64,000 bases of DNA, taken from contig VHCX01000003.1 of assembly GCA_016871615.1 (NCBI GenBank), forward strand, positions 30,189 through 94,188, written 5' to 3'. Source of the stretch: Verrucomicrobiota bacterium. GTDB lineage: Bacteria > Verrucomicrobiota > Verrucomicrobiia > Limisphaerales > UBA9464. The translations under genes were made by a program, and so were the position numbers. The notes beneath the pieces are model-generated. The model had not been told where the DNA came from, did no database searches, and was given only the letters and a program-made list of their open reading frames with translations. This document shows positions 59,884 through 64,000 of the stretch, piece after piece. The number at the start of each line of letters is the position of its first letter. The stretch's first letter is position 1.

Positions 59884-61631
59884 GGCCTTGCCCCCAGCCT
59901 CTGGACCTCGTTGGACACCGTCGTGATCTTCTCCACGTCCCGCATCTCGCGGGCGAACTGAAGCTGCCGGATGAGCAGTTCCCGCCGGTCCATGTCCGGG
60001 AGCGCCAGGTCGATGAGCTGGCCGAGGCGGCGGTACGCCTCGGCCGGTCGGCCCAGGACGCGGTGGGCCTCCACGGCGTCCGAAAGCAGCCGACGCCGCT
60101 GCATCGGGGCGGCGTTGGTCAGCGCGAGGGCGGTGTCGTACCACTCGACGGCCCGGCGGATGCGGAGACCGGTCCAGTGCATCCGGGCGATCTTCTCGGC
60201 GACGACCGCGTGGTTGGTGGCCCAGCGCAAGCCCTCGAGCTGCGAGCGGACCACCTCGGCGGGCCGTCCGGCCATGAGCTGCAGGTTGGCGTTTCTCACC
60301 AGCGCATAGGCCGCGAGCGGATCGTCCTCCGCGTCGAGCCGGCTCCCGTGGTCGGCGAGGCTTCGCCCGAAGGGCCGATAGAGCGGGTCCCCCACGACCA
60401 CGGTCTGCCAGGACAGGACCGGGTGCGACGCGGTGGCTGCCTCGCCGAAGGTCATGCCCGCATAGCCCCAACGCTCGAGGAAGACCCCGATGTCGGGGGT
60501 GAACCGGAGGTAGGGCTCGGCCACGCAGCCCATCGTCGCCGTCGCGCCCCGGGCCAGCAGCGGTCCGACCCAGTTCTCGGAGGCCGAACGGAGGTTGGCC
60601 GCGCTGAAGGAGTGCAGGTGGTAGGCGAAGGCTCCGGGCAGGAACTCCACCGCCGCCCGGTAGAACGGCCCGGTGACCCCGCTGTCGTACCATCCGGCAT
60701 ACAGGGCCACCTGGCCCAGGGGATACCCCACCCCGAGCGTCGCCGGCTGGTTGTCCACGAAGGTCTCGAAGCCCAGCCGCTTGGCCGCCGTGGCCGCGTT
60801 GGTCAGCATCTGGTCGCCCCAGAGATAGGCTCCCTCGGCAAGTCCGCGGAGGTCGAAGTAGGCATGGCCCCAGAGACCGCGGGACTCGGCCTCGAGGGCC
60901 TTGTCGACGAGGCCGCGGGCGATCTCCGGCGTGGGACCGTCTAGGCGGGTCACCAGGAACACGCCCTCGGTGGGGTGGAGACGGGAGGCGTTGGTGGCGC
61001 CCAAGGCCGGATTGGGGGCGACCCCGAGCGGGTCATGTCCGCCGGGACGTGCCAGGAGGGCCAGTTCGTGGTCGACGGAGGCGTCGTTGCGCTGCATCGG
61101 CGGCGGGAGATCCTTCTGGGTGCTGCGCAGCGAGGGGTCGTGCGGGATGTACCACGGCACCCCATGGCAGAGCAGCAGGTAGCGGATGGCCGAATGGGCG
61201 ACGCGCGACCTCGGGCCGCCCCCGGCCGGAAGGGGTGCCCGGGGCGCCGAGGTGTCCGGAACCCATTCGGCCAGGCCCTTGGCCGCCAGGTGCCGGCGGA
61301 TCGGTTCCTCCAGGTCGCGCACATACTCGGACCGGGCGAGGTTCGCCCCCTCGGGCAGCGGCAGCCCGAGGACCTGCGAGTCGGGCACGCCTCGCCTCCG
61401 GGCATAGTGCCGGGCGACCTCGGCGGATGCGGGCAACCGCGAATTGTAGACCACCAGCACCTCGTCCCCGGCTGCCCACGCCTCCCGACCCACGGGAAAA
61501 AGCAGCGCCAGGAGAAGCCTCGTCCACCTCCCCACCAGGATGCCGACGCGGACCTCCGCCGACCACACCCCGGAGGCCCCGGGGCCTTCCCGGAGACGCC
61601 CGACAGGGGTCGTGGAGGCGGCCGGGTTCAT
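59880..61631 (-). CDS. Secreted hypothetical protein, TIGR03790-like family by recollection, with a helical (TPR-like) C-terminus
   Basis: Signal-like RWTRLLLALLFPVGREAWA, then VLVVYNSRLPASAEVARHYARRRGVP, which I recall as the start of TIGR03790-type proteins of PVC/Acidobacteria. Its stop overlaps the alkA-like start (ATGA). The start (ATG 61631) is uncertain. Confidence 0.65.
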   Translation of the reverse strand: MNPAASTTPVGRLREGPGASGVWSAEVRVGILVGRWTRLLLALLFPVGREAWAAGDEVLVVYNSRLPASAEVARHYARRRGVPDSQVLGLPLPEGANLARSEYVRDLEEPIRRHLAAKGLAEWVPDTSAPRAPLPAGGGPRSRVAHSAIRYLLLCHGVPWYIPHDPSLRSTQKDLPPPMQRNDASVDHELALLARPGGHDPLGVAPNPALGATNASRLHPTEGVFLVTRLDGPTPEIARGLVDKALEAESRGLWGHAYFDLRGLAEGAYLWGDQMLTNAATAAKRLGFETFVDNQPATLGVGYPLGQVALYAGWYDSGVTGPFYRAAVEFLPGAFAYHLHSFSAANLRSASENWVGPLLARGATATMGCVAEPYLRFTPDIGVFLERWGYAGMTFGEAATASHPVLSWQTVVVGDPLYRPFGRSLADHGSRLDAEDDPLAAYALVRNANLQLMAGRPAEVVRSQLEGLRWATNHAVVAEKIARMHWTGLRIRRAVEWYDTALALTNAAPMQRRRLLSDAVEAHRVLGRPAEAYRRLGQLIDLALPDMDRRELLIRQLQFAREMRDVEKITTVSNEVQRLGARP

Positions 61632-61635
61632 CGGT

Positions 61636-62337
61636 TCACCCACCCCCGGCGCGGCCAACCGCCGGGCCGAGACGCCCGCGCACATGGGCCATCAGCACGG
61701 CGAAGGTCTCGTCGGGGGTCTGCCCGGTGTTGTCGATGCGGATGGAGTCGAGGGCCGGGATCAGCGCCCCCTTCTTGCGGTGGATGTCCATGCTGTCCCG
61801 CCATGCACCGTCGGTGGAGCCCCCCCGCTCGGCGATGCGTCGCTGGCGCTCGGCGGCGTCGGCCTCGAGGAAGAACTTCACCGGGGCCAGCGGGAACACC
61901 TCGGTCCCGATGTCGCGCCCTTCCATCACGAGGGGTCCGAGGTCGGCGCACTGGCGCTGGCGGGTGACCATCCAGTCGCGCACCTTGCCGATCTGGGCGA
62001 CGACCGGCACGGCCTTCTCGACGGCATCGGTGCGGATCTCCGAGCCCGGGAAGTAGCCGTCGATGTGGATCCACGCCTGGCCATCGACCACCCGGACCTC
62101 CCATTTCCAGCTGCGGAGCTGGCGGATGACGGCCTTCTCGTCGGCGTCGGTCATCGGCTTTTCGACGCGGATGCCGCGCCGGAGGCAATGCCAGGCGAGG
62201 GTGCGGTACATGGCGCCGGAATCGACGTAGAGGTAGCCGAGTTCACGGGCGAGGCGACGCGAGAGCGTGCCCTTGCCGGAGGCGCTGGGCCCGTCGACGG
62301 CGACGACCAGGGGGAGGCGGAGGGTCCTGGCCTTCAT
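61636..62337 (-). CDS. cmk: (d)CMP kinase
   Basis: From ATG 62337 (overlaps the aroA stop, ATGA): VAVDGPSASGKGT P-loop, YVDSGAMYR, MEGRDIGT, FLEADAAERQRR. Confidence 0.92.
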   Translation of the reverse strand: MKARTLRLPLVVAVDGPSASGKGTLSRRLARELGYLYVDSGAMYRTLAWHCLRRGIRVEKPMTDADEKAVIRQLRSWKWEVRVVDGQAWIHIDGYFPGSEIRTDAVEKAVPVVAQIGKVRDWMVTRQRQCADLGPLVMEGRDIGTEVFPLAPVKFFLEADAAERQRRIAERGGSTDGAWRDSMDIHRKKGALIPALDSIRIDNTGQTPDETFAVLMAHVRGRLGPAVGRAGGG

Positions 62338-63602
62338 TCGGCGTTCAATTCCTTGGGGGCAATCACCCGGCCGCTGGCCGCATCGAGGACCAGGGCACCC
62401 AACCCGAAGGGCGGCGTGCCCGCCAGCTTGCGGAAGAAGTTCGGGAAGGTCTTGCGCACACAGCGCGGGTTGCGGAGGCGGATGCCGGGGATCCTCAGGC
62501 CCAGCATGGCGAAGCACATGGCCATGCGGTGGTCCTCGTAGGTCTCGATCTCGGCCCCGTGGAGGATCGACGGGCGGACCAGCAGGCTGTCGCCCGATTC
62601 GGCCACCAGCGCCCCGCAGCGGGTCAACTCGGTGCGCAGCGCCGCGACCCGCTCGCACTCCTGGAGGCGCAGGCGGCCCAGGTCGGTGAAACGCACCGGG
62701 TGATCCTCCAGCGGGGCCAGCGTGATGGCCGTCATGATGCTGTCGCCCAGGTCTCGCTCCCTCGAAACCTCGGAGGGAAGGTCCAGGAAGTCCGGGTAGC
62801 GCGCGTCGACCTGCCAGCCCGAGGAGGGCCAACGGGCGACCTCTACGCGGTTCCTCCCGAACAGCCGGGCGGCGCCCCAGAAGTAGCTGCCGCTGGAGGC
62901 GTCGGGTTCGATGCGGAACTCGCCGCCGCCATGCGGGAAGGCCTCCACGAGCCGGCGGGTCATCTCGACATAGGGCAACTCGTCGGGGTTGGCGTCGGAA
63001 ACCTCGACCTGCCACCCGGCCACCCGGCCCGGCAGCAGCAGCGCCGAGGCGAACTGGGAACTCTCGGCGACGCTCACCCGCGCCGAGCCCGGCCGGGGCC
63101 CGGTGCCGTGGATGACGGCGGGCAGCCGGTCGTCCGGGGCATCGACCCGGTAGCCCAGGCCGCGGAGGGCCTGAAGCAGGGAGGCCTGGGGGCGCTGGTG
63201 CATGCGCGGGACGCCGGACAGCCGGTAGGTCCCGCGGCCCAGGCACACCATGGCCGCGAGGAACCGCGCGGCGGTGCCCGCATTGCCCACTTGCAGCTCG
63301 AGCGGCGCGGCCTCCATGCCGGCCTCCGGGATGAGACCGCCCCGGCCCTCGACGCGGATGATCCGGTTGCCCTCCTCGGCGAGGTCCACGGCCACGCCGA
63401 CCGCGAAGCCCATTCGCCGGAGGCAGTCGACCATCACCTGGGTGTCCTCGCTCCAGAGCGCTCCGGCGAGGGTCACGGGCCCCGAGGCGAGGGCCGCGAG
63501 GATGAGCGCCCGGTTGGTGATGCTCTTGGACCCCGGCACCGTGACCGACACGAAGGCGGGGGCGGGCGGCGGGACGATCTCGATGAGGTCAGGCAGGGGC
63601 AT
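62334..63602 (-). CDS. aroA: 3-phosphoshikimate 1-carboxyvinyltransferase (EPSP synthase)
   Basis: From ATG 63602: VPGSKSITNRALILAALA, LQVGNAGTAARFL, RMHQRP, SSQFASALLL, DHRMAMCFAMLGL, CVRKTFPNFF. Confidence 0.93.
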   Translation of the reverse strand: MPLPDLIEIVPPPAPAFVSVTVPGSKSITNRALILAALASGPVTLAGALWSEDTQVMVDCLRRMGFAVGVAVDLAEEGNRIIRVEGRGGLIPEAGMEAAPLELQVGNAGTAARFLAAMVCLGRGTYRLSGVPRMHQRPQASLLQALRGLGYRVDAPDDRLPAVIHGTGPRPGSARVSVAESSQFASALLLPGRVAGWQVEVSDANPDELPYVEMTRRLVEAFPHGGGEFRIEPDASSGSYFWGAARLFGRNRVEVARWPSSGWQVDARYPDFLDLPSEVSRERDLGDSIMTAITLAPLEDHPVRFTDLGRLRLQECERVAALRTELTRCGALVAESGDSLLVRPSILHGAEIETYEDHRMAMCFAMLGLRIPGIRLRNPRCVRKTFPNFFRKLAGTPPFGLGALVLDAASGRVIAPKELNAE

Positions 63603-63999
63603 CGGCTCGGGCGTTTCGGTGGGGGTCCATGTCCGGGTACCGCTGGTCGCGACGGGCCTTGGCCTGACGGAAGAACTCCTCGACGGCCGTCGCGTCGCCC
63701 GCGTCGAGGGCGAGCCGGAACTCGGAGAGGTCCTCGATGAAGACCCCCAGGACCCGCGAGAGGTGGCGCCGGTTGGCCAGCGCGATGTCGCGCCAGAGTT
63801 CGGGCGACCCGGACGCCACCCGGGTGGTGTCCCGGAACCCCCCGGCGCAGAGCTCGGCCTGTTCCCTCGGGTGGGCGGGGCTGAGCACGTAGTTGGCCAG
63901 GCCGGCCGCCACGACATGGGGCAGGTGGCTGGATCGGGCCACCAGGTCGTCATGGAGCACCGGATTCATCGGCAGCACCCTGGCCCCGACGGCCTCCCA
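63589..63999 (-). CDS. tyrA: Prephenate/arogenate dehydrogenase, C-terminal part (N-terminus beyond the right edge)
   Basis: HDDLVARSSHLPHVVAAGLAN...GGFRDTTRVASGSPELWRDIALANR matches the TyrA dimerisation/C-terminal domain. The reading frame stays open to the window edge, and it overlaps the aroA start by 14 nt. Confidence 0.85.
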   Translation of the reverse strand, partial: WEAVGARVLPMNPVLHDDLVARSSHLPHVVAAGLANYVLSPAHPREQAELCAGGFRDTTRVASGSPELWRDIALANRRHLSRVLGVFIEDLSEFRLALDAGDATAVEEFFRQAKARRDQRYPDMDPHRNARADAPA

Positions 64000-64000
64000 C

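Noticed and set aside
59884-60693. Upstream extensions of the alkA-like, cmk (to 63246) and aroA (to 63953) track ORFs
   Set aside because: The extensions overlap the preceding real genes in other frames. Family N-termini coincide with the internal ATGs at 59883, 62337 and 63602.

Overview
High-GC chromosomal segment, most likely from a PVC-superphylum bacterium. The Verrucomicrobiota-like signs are PSCyt/DUF1549/DUF1553 + DUF1501 pairs, a haem-c/PA14 + beta-propeller pair, DUF1080 proteins, and prepilin-type 'H-X9-DG-like' proteins. I can support about 52 protein-coding genes, two of them truncated at the window edges. They are tightly packed, and several adjacent pairs overlap by 4 nt (ATGA/TTGA).

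Most content is housekeeping: folP-cdaA-cdaR, topB, recG, speA, ubiX/ubiA-like, rny, a MacAB-type efflux operon, alr, and tyrA-aroA-cmk. I found no rRNA, tRNA, CRISPR array, transposase or integrase.

Many of the longest ORFs in the supplied track are antisense or out-of-frame 'shadow' ORFs typical of GC-rich DNA, with Arg/Gly/Pro/Ala-rich translations. I rejected them in favour of the overlapping ORFs that carry recognisable motifs.

The items most worth follow-up are:
- a 1,146-aa ORF of no standard family (possible PPi-type PEPCK), with an unknown membrane-anchored protein upstream;
- a divergent PurD-like ATP-grasp gene translationally coupled to an alanine-racemase gene;
- a MurK-like kinase fused to the MurQ etherase, divergent from a WYL regulator;
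- a small accessory-looking patch (atypical Ser/Thr kinase, solo RelE/ParE-like toxin, three small membrane/lipoprotein ORFs, pilin-like paralog);
- a cluster of three direct-repeat pairs in the intergenic region upstream of recG;
- a Gly/Met-rich insertion in the MacA-like adaptor.

All functional calls come from motif recognition by eye. No database search was possible.
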